Positions 12,881 through 25,141 of a DNA stretch of 64,000 nt are shown here, piece by piece (positions within the stretch are counted from its first letter, which is position 1; each line of letters starts with the position of its first letter). The notes under the pieces were generated by a model that was not told the origin of the DNA, searched no databases, and saw nothing but the letters and a program-made list of their open reading frames with translations. Source of the DNA: Malacoraja senta (lineage: Eukaryota). The DNA lies in the NCBI GenBank assembly GCA_038087875.1, contig CM075990.1, positions 124,001 to 188,000 on the forward strand. Direction: 5' to 3'. The translations under genes were made by a program, and so were the position numbers.

Positions 12881-13444
12881 ATTACTTGCCAGGTCCCCCC
12901 TTAATTCCTGGCAGCCCCCCAACTCCGGGCCCCCTTTGTCCTCGGCGGCACCCCCTACACATCCTGGGGACTTCGACCTCCGACCTTGGGACTCCGACCT
13001 CCAACCTCCGACATCAGGACTGGGGTTTCATTGCTTCAGAGCAGCACCAGTCTGGGTCAAGCCGAGTTTAACTGCATTTAACTAGGGATGGCAGGAGGAT
13101 CCAGCTTCTTCTAGCAAGGTTGTCATTGGTTCTTTGCTGATAATGAGTGCTTGTCAGCTCCAAAATTCTTTGTTGTCAATATCCCGAGGATAACTTCCCA
13201 GCTCATTTTACAGGCATCCTCCCCAAACACCTGCCATTCTCTCCTTCATTCTCCTCGCCTGTGCCTGTAACTCCTCCCTTGTGGCTAGAGGGATCAGGGG
13301 GTATGGAGAGAAGGCAGGGATGGGATACTGAGTTGGATGATCAGCCATGATCATATCAAATGGCGGTGCAGGCTCAAAGGGCCGAATGGCCTACTCCTGC
13401 ACCTATTTTCTATGTTTCTATGTTTCTAATCCCCAGTCATCTCC

Positions 13445-13988
13445 CACACATCCTTTGGGAACAGCTCCATCCAAGACCACAAGAAATTGCAGAGAATTGT
13501 GGATGCAGCCCAGACCATCACACAAACCAACTTCACTTCTATTGACTCCATTTACTGTATATCTCATGCTGCCTCGGCAAGGCCAGCAGCATAATCAAGG
13601 ACGAGTCGCACCCAGGCCACTCCCTCTTCTCCCCTCTCCCATCAGGCAATAGGTATAGAAGTGTGAAAACACACACCTCAAGATTCAGGAACAGTTTCTT
13701 CCCAGCTGTTATCAGGCAACTGAATCATCCTACCATAATCAGAGAGCAGCCCTGAACTACCATCTATCTCATTGGTGACCCTCGGACAATCCTTGATTGG
13801 ACTTTGTTGGCTTTACCTTGCACCAAACGTTGTTCCCTTATCATGTATCTATACGCTGTAAATAGCTTGATTGTAATCACGCATTGTATTCCTGCTGACT
13901 GGATAGCACGCAACAAAATCTTTTCACTGTACCACGTGACAATAAACTAAACTAACTGAACTAACTGACTAACTAACTAACTAACTAA
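13445..13988 (+). mobile_element. Rex1/Babar-like LINE 3' end, preceded by a CR1 tail at ~13283-13428
   Basis: ...ctcccatcaggcaataggtatagaag...gacaataaactaaactaac tail. Confidence 0.8.
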
Positions 13989-14055
13989 GGAATCCAATAG
14001 ATCACAATCTAAATATGTACTCTCTCAGCCCCCGAGTCATTCCATGTCCCAACAC

Positions 14056-14496
14056 ATGTGCAGACGGGACGTCGAAGGACGAGAAGCCGAAGCGAAGAAG
14101 TGGAAGCCAAGATACCGAACGGAAACAACGTCGAGAAGCCAAATAACCGAACGGACACGATGCCGAAAAGCGAAATAACCGAACGGGCATGACGCCGAAA
14201 GGATACGAACCCGAACGGACTCCACGCCGAAAGGACAGTACGCAGAACGGACATGACGTCGAAAAGCCTCCGAACGGACATGATGTCTCCGGAGACGGGA
14301 TTGGACCGAGACCTTGTCAGCGATTGGTCCAGACCCCCGCATCCATCACATCACTGGCCGGGGGAGACAGGAGGGTGGGGGGGGGATTTTTAATTTACCT
14401 TCTGGACTTTTGGACTTTTGGTCATTTCCGTTCGGCATCTGGGCTTCCACTTCTTTGCTTCGGCTTCTCGTCCTTCAATGTCCCGTCCGGGTACCG
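14056..14496. mobile_element. MITE with ~62-bp TIRs and internal ccgaacggac repeats (Mutator/Foldback-like)
   Basis: 14063-14124 is the inverted copy of 14425-14488. 9-bp flanking repeat tcccaacac/tcccagcac at 14047-14055 and 14497-14505. Confidence 0.75.
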
Positions 14497-14784
14497 TCCC
14501 AGCACAATCTTCTCACTCATAGTACTAGATGATCCTTCCATGTCATCCCCAACTCAACATCTCTGGTCCAACACACTGACTGCATCATATGCATTCTCTC
14601 TCAGGGGAGTGAACGTGGAGGAGAGCCCTCTGTTTATGAGAGAATGTGTAAGGACTAGCCTACGCACACAGTTCATGAGCTTTGTTTCAATAGAAGGCCA
14701 AGGTGGTAGGACATCCAGAAGAGGCCTCTCTCCAGAAGAGGGACCCACTCCCCATTCCTCTTTTTACAATCCATTAATATCAAC

Positions 14785-15058
14785 ATCATAGAGTCATAGA
14801 GTGATACAGTGTGGAACCAGGCCCTTCGGCCCAACTCGCCCACACCGGCCAACATGTCCCAGCCACACTAGCCACACCTGCCTGCGCTTGGTCCATATCC
14901 CTCCAAACCTGTCCTATCCATGTACCTGTCTGACTGTTTCTTTAATGTTGGTATAGTCTCAACTACCTCCTCTGGCAGCTCATTCCATACACCCACCATC
15001 CTTTGTGTGGAAAAGTTACCCCTCAGGTTTCTATTAAATCTTTTCCCCTTCACCTTGA
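14785..15058 (-). mobile_element. CR1/HER1 3' end
   Basis: KGKRFNRNLRGNFSTQRMVGVWNELP with a (tatgactc)n tail. Confidence 0.9.
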
Positions 15059-15489
15059 AACATCATCAGCTTTAATAATCCAGAAAAGCACTTTAATATG
15101 CAGTCGCCAAATTGGACAACAGGAAAATAACCCTGAGCTTCATATCAACCTGAACTCGGAAATGGGATATAATAAGAACATGAGGGCATTCTAAAATATA
15201 GAAATTGCAGTTATCCAAGAAATAATTTATCCTGAAGACCATAGCTGGAAGTAATGTTAATTTCATATAATGCTACTTTGAATTATCTTAGGAACTTTAG
15301 AATGAAAATCATTTGCAAAGATATTTATGCAACGACTTTTTATGTAGAATTGTAAGTGTCACATTAGGTAATATTTGCAAGTGAGTGCCTCATGAGAATG
15401 CATCATTAATCTGCGTACAACTTTAACCCTGTCATGTTGAATCAGTAAAAAATAAACAGGCTGAGTAATAAGGATAACCAAGCAATCCT

Positions 15490-15605
15490 TTCCCTTTCCC
15501 CGACTCTCAGTCTGAAGAAGGGTCTCGACCCGAAACGTCACCTATTCCTTTTCTCCACAGATGCTGCCTGGCCCGCTGAGTTACTCCAGCTTTTTGTGTC
15601 TATCT
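15490..15605 (+). mobile_element. Solo Penelope terminal repeat with hammerhead-like core
   Basis: ctgaaga-a-gggt-ctcg-accc-gaaa-cgtc at 15512-15539. Confidence 0.8.
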
Positions 15606-15964
15606 TCTGCAAAAATGATCTGTTCTTTTACAAGTGGAGCAGAGATTGATGTAGCCATCTGGATGGCTATTGCCTGTCCCAAATGCTCCATTCTTACTGA
15701 AGTACAGCTCGATCTTCATTGTTGTTATCGCGAATGTGTAAAGAACAAGTTAGGGATTCCAAGACACTGCTAATTAAAGATCAGATAGTGATAATAGTTG
15801 ACGGATATGGATCAGCTGCAGAAATGGATGGGAAAATGGCAGCAAGCCAAGGGCAGAAAGTGGAACATGTGTGCAGTGTTGCACTTTGGGAGGTTGAATG
15901 TAAGGGAATGTAATACAGTGAAACAGCATTGATGTTGGGCCAATGACTAGGCCAATCAGTTAAA

Positions 15965-18551
15965 TGTGCTTTTTAACAGATTTGTTGGTGGGGCCTCATG
16001 ACAGACTCTCCCCCTCAACCCCACAGGTCCACTTCCCCTGCCCTTTCCTTGTCGCACCTGAACATCAAGGCTGAGCAGGTGAGGAAAGAGCTGAGCAGAG
16101 TCCGCCCAGGCAAAGCCACAGGTCCCGATGGTGTCAGCCATAGGGTACTCAAGGCGTGTGCCAGCCAGTTGTGTAGAGTACACCAGCATACCTTCAACCT
16201 GGGCCTGAGCCTAGAGAGGGTTCCTGTGCTGTGGATGACATCCTGCCTGGTTCCTGTACCAAAGAGGATGCGCCCCAGCTCCTCCAATGACTACAGACCA
16301 ATGGCGCTGACCTCACACATCATGAAGTCTCTGGAGAGGCTGGTGCTCACACCTGCGACCCCTGGTTAAACCCTACCTGGACTCACTGCAGTTCACTTAC
16401 CAAACAAAGATGGGGGTTGAGGATGCCATCATCCACCTGCTCCATCATTGTATGCTCACTTGGATAAGCCAGGAAGCACTATGAGAGTCATGTTTTTTTA
16501 CTTCTCCAGTTCTTTTAACACCATCTGGCCTGCACTGCTAGGGAGCAAAGTGACAAAGATGTGGGTGGATGCTCCATTGGTGTCCTGGATCACCAAATAC
16601 CTGACTGGACGACCACAGTATGTCAAGCTACAGAACTGTTTCTCGGACATGGTAGGCATAAGGTCATAAGTGATTTGAGTAGAAGAAGGCCATTCAGCCC
16701 ATCAAGTCTACTTCGCCACTCAATCATGGCTGATCTATCTCTCCCTCCTAACCACATTCTCCTGCCTTTCCCCATAACCTGTGAAACTTATACTAATAAA
16801 AATTCTATCTATCTCTGCCTTAAAAAATATCCACTGACTTTGCCTCTACAGCCTTCTGTGGCAAACAATTCCACAGATTCATCACCCTCTGACTAAAGAA
16901 ATGTCTCCTCATCTCCTTCCTAAAAGAACGTCCTTTAATTCTGAGGCTATGACCTCCAGTCCTAGACTCTCCCACTAGAGGAAACATCCTCCTCACATCT
17001 ACTCTATATACTGTAAGCCTTTCACTATTCTGTTTCAATTAGGTCCCCCCTCATTCTTCTAAACTCCAGCGAGTACAGGCGCAGTGCCGACAAACGCTCA
17101 TTATAGGTTAACTTACTCATGCCTGGGATCATTCTTGCAAACCTCCTCTGGACCCTCTGTAGAGCCAGCACATCCTTCCTCAGATATGGTGCCCATAATT
17201 GCTCACAATATTCCAAATGCGGCCTTACCAACGCCTGATAGAGCCTCAGCATTATATCCCTGTTTTTGTACACACGCCCTCTTGAAATAAATGCTAGCAT
17301 TGAGCTTTTCTTCACTTATGTTTCGACTTGCAGATTAACTTTTTGGGAATCCTGCACCAGCACTCCCAAGTCCCTTTGCACCTCAGATTTCTGGATTCTC
17401 TCCCCATTTAGAAAATAGTTTACGCCTTTATTCCTACTACCAAAATGCCTGACTCCACACTTTGCCACACTATATTCCATCTGCCACTTCTCTGCCCACT
17501 CTCCCAACCTGTCAAATTCTCTACACTACCTGCCACTCCACCTATTTTTGTATCATCCACAAACTTGGCCACAAAGCCTTCAATCCCCTCGTCCAAATCA
17601 TTAATCTACAATTAGCAATTAGTCCTCTCTCCCTTCCTGTTCACCATCCACATCTTGGACTTCAGATACAACTCAGACCCCACCACCTGCAGACGTTTTC
17701 AGATGACTCTGCAATTGTGGGCTGCATCAGTGAGGGGAGAGAAGCTGAATACAGAGGTGTAGTTAATAACTTTGTGGAGTGGTGTGGGCAGAATCACCTG
17801 CAGCTCAACACCAACAAGACTAAGGAGGTAGTGGTGGACTTTAGGGGGAGAGGAACATCCCTGTCCCCTGTCTCCATCAAGGGTGTTGATGTGGAGTTTA
17901 CCAAGGAGTACAAGTACCTTGGAATTTACCTTGACAGTAAATCAGACTGGTCCAGGAACGCTGAGGCCCTGTACAAGAAGTGACAGGGCGTCTGTACTTT
18001 CTGCGGAGGCTCCACTCCTTCAATGTCTGCAGTAAGATGCTGCAGATGTTCAACCAATTTGTGGCGGCCAGTGCCATCTTCTTCGCTGCCGTGTGCTGGG
18101 GCAGCAGGGCGAAGGTCGCAGACGTTAACAGAATTAACAAACTCATCAGGAAGTCTGGCTCTGTCCTGGGCTGGAGTTGGATTCACTGGAGATGGTCTTG
18201 GAAGAGAGGATGCTCTTCACTCTGTGGAGCATCTTGGACAATACAGCTCACCCCTCAATGACACACTGGTTAACCTGAGGAGCACCTTCAGCAACAGACT
18301 GATTCCACGAAGATGCACCACAGAACGCCACAGGAAATCCTTTTACCCTGCGGCTATCAAACTGTACAACTCCTCCCCCTTCTGTCGTGGGGTAGAGTGA
18401 CTCCCCACCCCCCTCCCCAATCTGTGCACAACCCCAAACCTGGACATTCCACTCATCACTTTAATTTCATGTTTCATCCATCTTGTTGTTTTTTTTTACT
18501 GTTGGCAGACCAATTTCCCTCCTGGGATAAATAAAGTTCTATTGTATCGTA
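15965..18551 (+). mobile_element. Rex1/Babar LINE RT region (frameshifted), interrupted by CR1 at 16655-17600
   Basis: KATGPDGVSHRVLKACASQL...NDYRPMALTSHIMKSLERL, FSDDSAIVG and RLYFLRRL. 3' end gggataaataaagttctattgtatcgt. Confidence 0.92.
16655..17600 (-). mobile_element. CR1 LINE 3' fragment
   Basis: WAEKWQMEY, RPHLEYCEQLWAP and MRGDLIET. Confidence 0.92.
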
Positions 18552-20255
18552 ACAGATGAGTTGAACAGGTACTTTGGATCTGTCTTCACTAAGGAGAACA
18601 CAAACAATCTCCCTGATGTACTAGTGGCCAGAGGATCTAGGATGGCGGAGGAAGGAGATTCACATTAGGCAGGAAATGGTGTTGGGTAGACTGATGGGAC
18701 TGAAGGCTGATAAATCCCCAGGGCCTGATGGTCTGCATCCCAGGGTACTTAAGGAAGTGGCTCTAGAAATCGTGGACGCAATGGTGATCATTTTCCAATG
18801 TTCTATAGATTCAGGATCAGTTCCTGTGGATTGGAGGGTAGCTAATGTTGTCCCATTCTTTAAGAAGGGCAGCAGAGGGAAAACAGGGAATTATAGGCCA
18901 GTTAGCCTGACGTCGGTGGTGGGGAATATGCTGGAGTAAATAATAAAAGATGAAATAGCGGCACATTTGGATAGCAGTAGCAGGATCGGTCCGAGTCAGC
19001 ATGGATTTACGAAGGGGAAATCATGCTTGACTAATCTTCTGGAATTTTTTGAGGATGTAAACAGGATAATGGACAAGGGAGAGCCAGTGGGTGTAGTGTA
19101 CCTGGGCTTTCAGAAAGCATTTGATAAGGTCCCACATAGGAGATTAGTGGGCAAATTTAGAGCACATGGTATTGGTGGTAGGGTGCTGACATGGATAGAA
19201 AATTGGTTGGCAGACAGGAAACAAAGGGTAGGAATTAACGGGTCCCTTTTCAGAATGGCAGAGAGTGACTAGTGGGGTACTGCAAGGCTCGGTGCTGGGA
19301 CCGCTGCTATTTACAATATACATTAATGATTTGGATGAAGGGATTAAAAGTAACTAGCAAATTTGCAGATGACACAAAGCTGGGTGGATGCCATGAGGAT
19401 GCAGGGTGACTTGGACATGTAGGGTGATTGGGCAGATGCATGGCAAATGCAGTTTAATGTGAATAATTGTGAGGTTATCCACTTTAGTGGAAAAAAACAG
19501 GAAGGCAGATTATTATCTAAATGGTGTCAAGTTGGGAAAGGGGAAGTACAACGGGATCTGGGGGTCCTTGTACATCAGTCTATGACAGTAAGCATGCAGA
19601 TACAGCAGGCAGTGAAGAAAGCGAATGGCATGTTGGCCTTCGTAACAAGAGGATTTGAGGATAGGAGCAAAGAGGGCCTCCTGCAGATGTACCGGGCCCC
19701 AGTGAGACCACACCTGGAGTATTGTGTGCAGTTTTGTTCTCCAAACTTGAGGAAGGACATTCTTGCTATTGAGGGAGTGCAGCGTAGGTTCACGAGGTTA
19801 ATTCTCAGGATGGCGGGACTGTCATATGTTGATAGATTGGAGCGGCTGGGCTTGTATACTCTGGAATTTAGAAGGATGAGTGGGGATCTTATTGAAACAT
19901 ATAAGATTATTAATGATTTGGACACGCTGGAGGCAGGAAACATGTTCCCAATGTTGGGGGAGTCCAGAACCAGGTGCCATAGTTTAAGAATAAGTGGTAA
20001 GCCATTTAGAACGGAGATTAGGAAACATTTTTTCACACAGAGAGTTGTGAGTGTGTGGAATTCTCTGCCTCAGAGGGTGGTGGAGGCTGGTTCTCTGGAT
20101 GCTTTCAAAAGAGAGTTAGATAGAGCTCTTCGGGAAAGGGATATGGAGAGAAGGCAGGAACGGGGTACTGATTGTGGATGATCAGCCATGATCACATTGA
20201 ATGGCGGTGCTGGCACGAAGGGCCGAATGGCCTACTCCTGCACCTATTGTCTATT
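18552..20255 (+). mobile_element. CR1 LINE, 5'-truncated RT region with frameshifts
   Basis: KSPGPDGLHPRVLKE, NYRPVSLTSVV, QHGFTKGKSCLTNL, a FADD-encoding segment and a CR1 tail. Confidence 0.95.
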
Positions 20256-20885
20256 GTATCGTATCGTATCGTAACACATCGTATGTACAGAGGGATCATG
20301 GAGTCCAAGTTCATAGCTCACTGATAGTAGATAGCTCAAGTAGAGTAGTAAAGAAGGCGTAGAGTGCTGGTAGAGGCTGATACAATAGCGCCATTTAAAA
20401 GCGTTTACATAGGCAAATGGAAGTGCAAGTAATTGAGGGACAAGGATCATGTTCAGGCAGATGAGACCAGTTTAACTTGGCATGGCGCTTTAGCTCAAAT
20501 ATTGTGGGCCGGACTGCCCATTCTAGTGCTGTACAGTTTCTATGTTCTATGATCAGGTAATAAGATTAAACACATCTCCTGCTTTGAAGTATTCCCTGGG
20601 GATTCTTTTACATTCACTTGAATGAGAAGTTGGGACTTTGGTTCAATTTTTGATAAGAAAGACCAAGGTCTTGGAGTGTGATGTGAAAAGTCAAACCTCA
20701 ACTTAGATGAGAGAATTGGGCTAAGGGTGACCTTAAAACCTAGGTTAAGCAATGGTGAATTGATGGTCATGAATTGGGAATGTGATTCAGATCAAAAATT
20801 AATATTGACAGAACTTTTTTCCTACATTTCTGTACTAATTGGCTGGAAAATTTGTTCCAAGTACAAATTTACTGCCTGACAGCAT

Positions 20886-21142
20886 TAGAGACCCAGGAAT
20901 GATCCTGACTGTGGATGCTGTCTGTATGGAGTCTGTGCATTTGTGACCAGCGTGGGTTTTCTCCAGGAGTTCTGGTTTCCTCCCACACTCCAAAGACTGC
21001 AGGTTTGTAGGTTAATGGTCTTGGTAAAATTGTAAATAGCCCCTAGTGTTAGTGTGCGGGGATCGCCGGTCGGCACGAACTTGGTGGGCCAAAAGGTCGG
21101 TTTCCACGTTGTGTCTCGAAACTAAACAAAACTAAACTAAAC
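20886..21142 (+). mobile_element. HE1/V-SINE (5'-truncated)
   Basis: V-core and (aaact)n tail. Confidence 0.85.
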
Positions 21143-21545
21143 TTCAGTATCTATTGTTATTGCATACACATAACTCCAGATGTCCAAGATATACATCCAT
21201 GGTAGTGGGATCGATCGTCTACTGCCTGGGCCCAGGGCACATAATGGTCCACATTCACACTAAGAACATCTGTTCAGAGCAGATCCAGCCATTTATAAAT
21301 GATTAGTGTATAGTTCCACCAGTTCATAGTCCATTACAGTCTATATGTTATGTTATTATCTTCAAACAGTGCAAGAACCATGGCTTTATGACAAATATAG
21401 AAAGCAATTGCCAGGAGTAGCTCCAGTCATACCAACAAATACAGGACTAATTGAGAAATTCTGCATAGCAGGACTAAATTAATTTGAAACAGGCAGAGAC
21501 CATATCATAGATCGAGTAAAGCAATCTGACAAATCAACAACAAAA

Positions 21546-21863
21546 GGGCGGCACGGTGGCACAGTGGTAGAGTTGCTGCTTACAGTGCTTGAATCGCCGG
21601 AGACCCGAGTTTGAACCAACTACGGGCGCTGTCTGTACAGAGTTTCTACATTCTCTCCGTGATTGCGTGGGTTTTCTCAGAGATCTTTGGTTTCCTCCCA
21701 CACTCCAAAGACGTACAAGTTTGTAGGTTAATTGGCTTGGTCTAAGTGTAAATTGTTCCTAGTGTGTGTAGGATTGTGTTAGTGTGCGGGGATCACTGGT
21801 CAGTGTGGACTCGGTGTGTCGAAGGGCCTGTTTCCATGCTGTATCTCAAAACTAAACTAAAAC
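21546..21863 (+). mobile_element. HE1/V-SINE (full length)
   Basis: gggcggcacggtggcacagtggtagag head, V-core and tail. Confidence 0.92.
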
Positions 21864-22041
21864 AAATAATTTATTAGCTTTAGATAGATACAAAATGCTG
21901 GGGTAACTCAGTGGGACAGGCAGGATCTCTGGAGAGAAGGAATAGGTGATGTTTCGGGATGAGACCCTTCTTCAGACTGGAAGACCAGACATTCTTAGCT
22001 TTGTCATCCTGCCACATCCAGTCACCAGACAATTAAACAGC

Positions 22042-23042
22042 CAAGAGTTAGCTATTAAAATTTCTGGGAACAAGAGTTAGCTATTAAAATTTCAAAGGAA
22101 AGTTGGAATGAATACTTATTAAATGTGCATAAATGCTCGATTAATGTAAGACACACTTTAATACAATTTAAAATTTTACATAGATTATATTATTCGAAAA
22201 CTAAAATTCATAAAATTTTCCCAAACGTATCATCTACTTGTGATAAATGTCAATCCCAAGAAGCAACTATAGCGCACTCATTTGTCTTCTGTACAAAAAT
22301 TCAAAAATTTTGGAATGAAATTTTTGAAATCTTTACAAAGTTATTTAAAACAAGACTGATACCCAAAGCAGAATGGATTATCTTCGGAATAACGGAAGAT
22401 GATCCAGAACTAAATGTGTTTCAAAAGAAATTAATGGACTATGGGTTAATAACTGGAAAAAAGCTAATTCTAAAATTTTGGAAGAAGGCTCCAATACCAA
22501 CTATAAATATGTGGATTTCAAATATGTTTGAAACATTACATCTAGAAGAGATAAGACTCCTCCTAGCAGGTAAACCAGATCACTTCCACCTGACGTGGTC
22601 TGCATTTATAGAATTATTACAAACATAGGGTGCAAAAGTACTTTAAAAAAATAAAAAATTGAGGTCAGGTAAGGGGGGATGATAGTTGAAGAGTTGGTAT
22701 GTCCTATTTACGTGATGCTCAAAAAAAAAATTTGTTTCTCTTTTTTTCTCTTTCTCTTTTCTTTTCTTAGGGCCTATTTCTTAACTCTTTTTCTTTTTGT
22801 TTTTAATTTCGCTCTTATAGGGTCTTCGTCCTTTTTTGTTGTTACATTTTCTACACTTTTCTACACTTACACTTTTTCCTTCACTTTCTTCTTTCTTTCA
22901 ATCTTTTCTTTTTCTAGTGTAAAAAAATAAATAAAGGGAGTACATTAATTGTAAGAAGATATAAATGACGAGTATTAATGTATGTGGTTGTAATGTAATG
23001 TACTTCTAATAAATAAAAAATAAAAAAAAAATAAAAAAAAAA
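22042..23042 (+). mobile_element. L1-clade LINE 3' fragment with poly(A)
   Basis: ORF 22125-22628 (CDKC...H...C zinc knuckle) is almost identical to the C-terminus of ORF 53794-56154. T-rich 3'UTR and A tail. Confidence 0.95.
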
Positions 23043-23789
23043 GTTTCAGAAGCTTGATGAACCTCCACAACAATGACAACGATGGAGCAAACATACAGGT
23101 GCTGCCACTTACATGAAGCATTCCAAGATACTCTGGGAGTCCCCAACGCAGTTGAAGCCAATTCGCATCGAATGTGATTTACACATTGAGGTGGCTCAAT
23201 GAATTAGTTACAGCAAAAGCTACAAGCCTGTCAGAGGCTGCTTGTAGCCAAGAGTCAATAGATCTTGCGACTCGCTGACAAAGTGAATAATTGTCCTGAT
23301 ACATCTGTTCACTAAAGGCTGGAATTGTAATCGAGCCAATTACAGTCTCATCCATCCACTCCCAACCATCATCAATGGAGAGTACCAATGAACTACTCAT
23401 ATTCAATGTTTACTTTGGATTCTTCCTGGACCTCTCAGCTGCACACTTCACTGGAGCCTTGTACAAATACAGAACAAAGATCTGAATTCCAGGCGTGACC
23501 TGGGGTTACATTAAAATTTCAGTTGATTGACCATAGCATCAAGGAGCTCGAGCAAAACTGAAGTCAACTGCAATGAAGTTGGAAATTCCCCATAGGCTGA
23601 AACTATACCCTGCAGAAGTGAAGATATTTGTAGTTACAGGTATTACTGGTAAAAAAAAAACCTCAAGCTTCTGCTGCAGGAATTCCTCAGTTCCCTGGGG
23701 CCTTCATCATCAGCTGTTTAATTATTGATCCTGCCTCCACTCTAAGCGCTAGAGTGAAGACATTCACTGATGGTAATAGTGCTTGGTTT

Positions 23790-24083
23790 TGTTCAGACTG
23801 GTTCCACCAAGATGCAGAACAGAATGCTACAGGAGATCCTTCTTCCCTGTGACCATCACACATTACAACTCCTCACCCATCTGCCGTGGTGTGGACTGAG
23901 ACTGAGACTGACTCCCCCCCACCCCTCCCCAACCTTTGCACATCCCCCAAGCCTTTCCACTCGTCACTTCAATTTCACGTTTCATGTATATTGTGTTTTG
24001 TGTACCTTGTGTTTTTGTGATGGTTGGCAGATCAATTTCCCTCCTGGGATAAATAATTCTATTGTATAGTATCATATCGTATC
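23790..24083 (+). mobile_element. Rex1/Babar 3' end
   Basis: Matches 18295-18551. Confidence 0.8.
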
Positions 24084-24767
24084 GAATCACAAGGTAGACA
24101 CAAAATGCTGGAGTAACTCAGTGGGACAGGCAGGATCTCTGGAGAGAAGGAATGGGTGACATTTCGGGTCTAGACCCTTCTTCAGACTGGTATCGACTCA
24201 CAAAGTCTACAAGGACTGGAGAACACTTGCACTAATTAGTTTAATTAATGTTTGTACGCCACAGTGTCAGGTGAAAATAATGTAGTTCGTTGACATAAAT
24301 GGCTTTACCAATAGCTTATGTCATTATCACACTAAACATGCTGGTGGTCAGTATTGGCCAGAAATGTAACTGGACTAGTTGCACAAAGGATCCGGGCTGA
24401 GAATATATATTCTGTGCAACCAATTCAGATCCTGAATCCCCAGAGCCATTCAATCATCTGCAAAACACGTCGGAAAAGTGATTGTCTCAATTATCCAGAA
24501 GAGAGCAGCTACAATGGTGCTCATGAAGGTCAACATTATCTTGATCATGACAAGGTTTCCTCCTGTATACATGAGACATGTTTTACCTCCACTGCCATGT
24601 GCCATTTAGAGTATGTACCATTTATAAAATGCTCTGCAGCAACTTATCAAGGGTTCTTCCGTGGTACTGTCAGGCCCCCAATCTCTGGCACAGAGCACGG
24701 TGGCACAGAAGTAGAGCTGCTGCCTTACAGCACCAGAGACCCGGGTACAATCCTGACCAGGGGTACT

Positions 24768-25124
24768 TGTCACAGTCTGCCCTCTCCTGCCTGCCTGCCT
24801 GCCACTCCCCTCTCATCAGCCCAACTCTCCTCACCTGTGGCACTCAGTTGCCTCTGATCACCAATTAATCCGGTATATAGACTCTCCTCACCGTTCCCAC
24901 AGTGCCAGATTGTTCTCAGCATTCATGCAAGACTCTCCAGTGATTTCCCGACTGCCTACACAGATTCGAACCTGCCAGCCCCTCTTCGGAACCCTCGCTC
25001 AATCCTGAGCCTCTGTGTGAGTACGGTGTACCCATTCCTGTGTTCCAGTATCGGAATAAAGTTCATTACCAACTATACCTGCCTGATTCTGTGCTGCTAT
25101 CGGGTCCAAGCTATCCCCGTTACA
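24768..25124 (+). repeat. 5' LTR
   Basis: tgtcacag...ttaca; TATA at 24874-24879; AATAAA at ~25055. Confidence 0.95.
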
Positions 25125-25126
25125 GT

Positions 25127-25136
25127 ACAATCTGGC
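25127..25136 (+). promoter_or_regulatory. Self-priming primer-binding site
   Basis: acaatctggc is the exact reverse complement of gccagattgt at 24904-24913, which lies 30 nt after the TATA start. Confidence 0.8.
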
Positions 25137-25141
25137 CAACA

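Noticed and set aside
12642..13085. Proline-rich (formin/extensin-like) ORF
   Set aside because: C-rich low-complexity tract inside a repeat.
15608..15720. Minus-strand peptide MKIELYFSKNGAFGTGNSHPDGYINLC
   Set aside because: Short, unrecognised, and running into a repeat.
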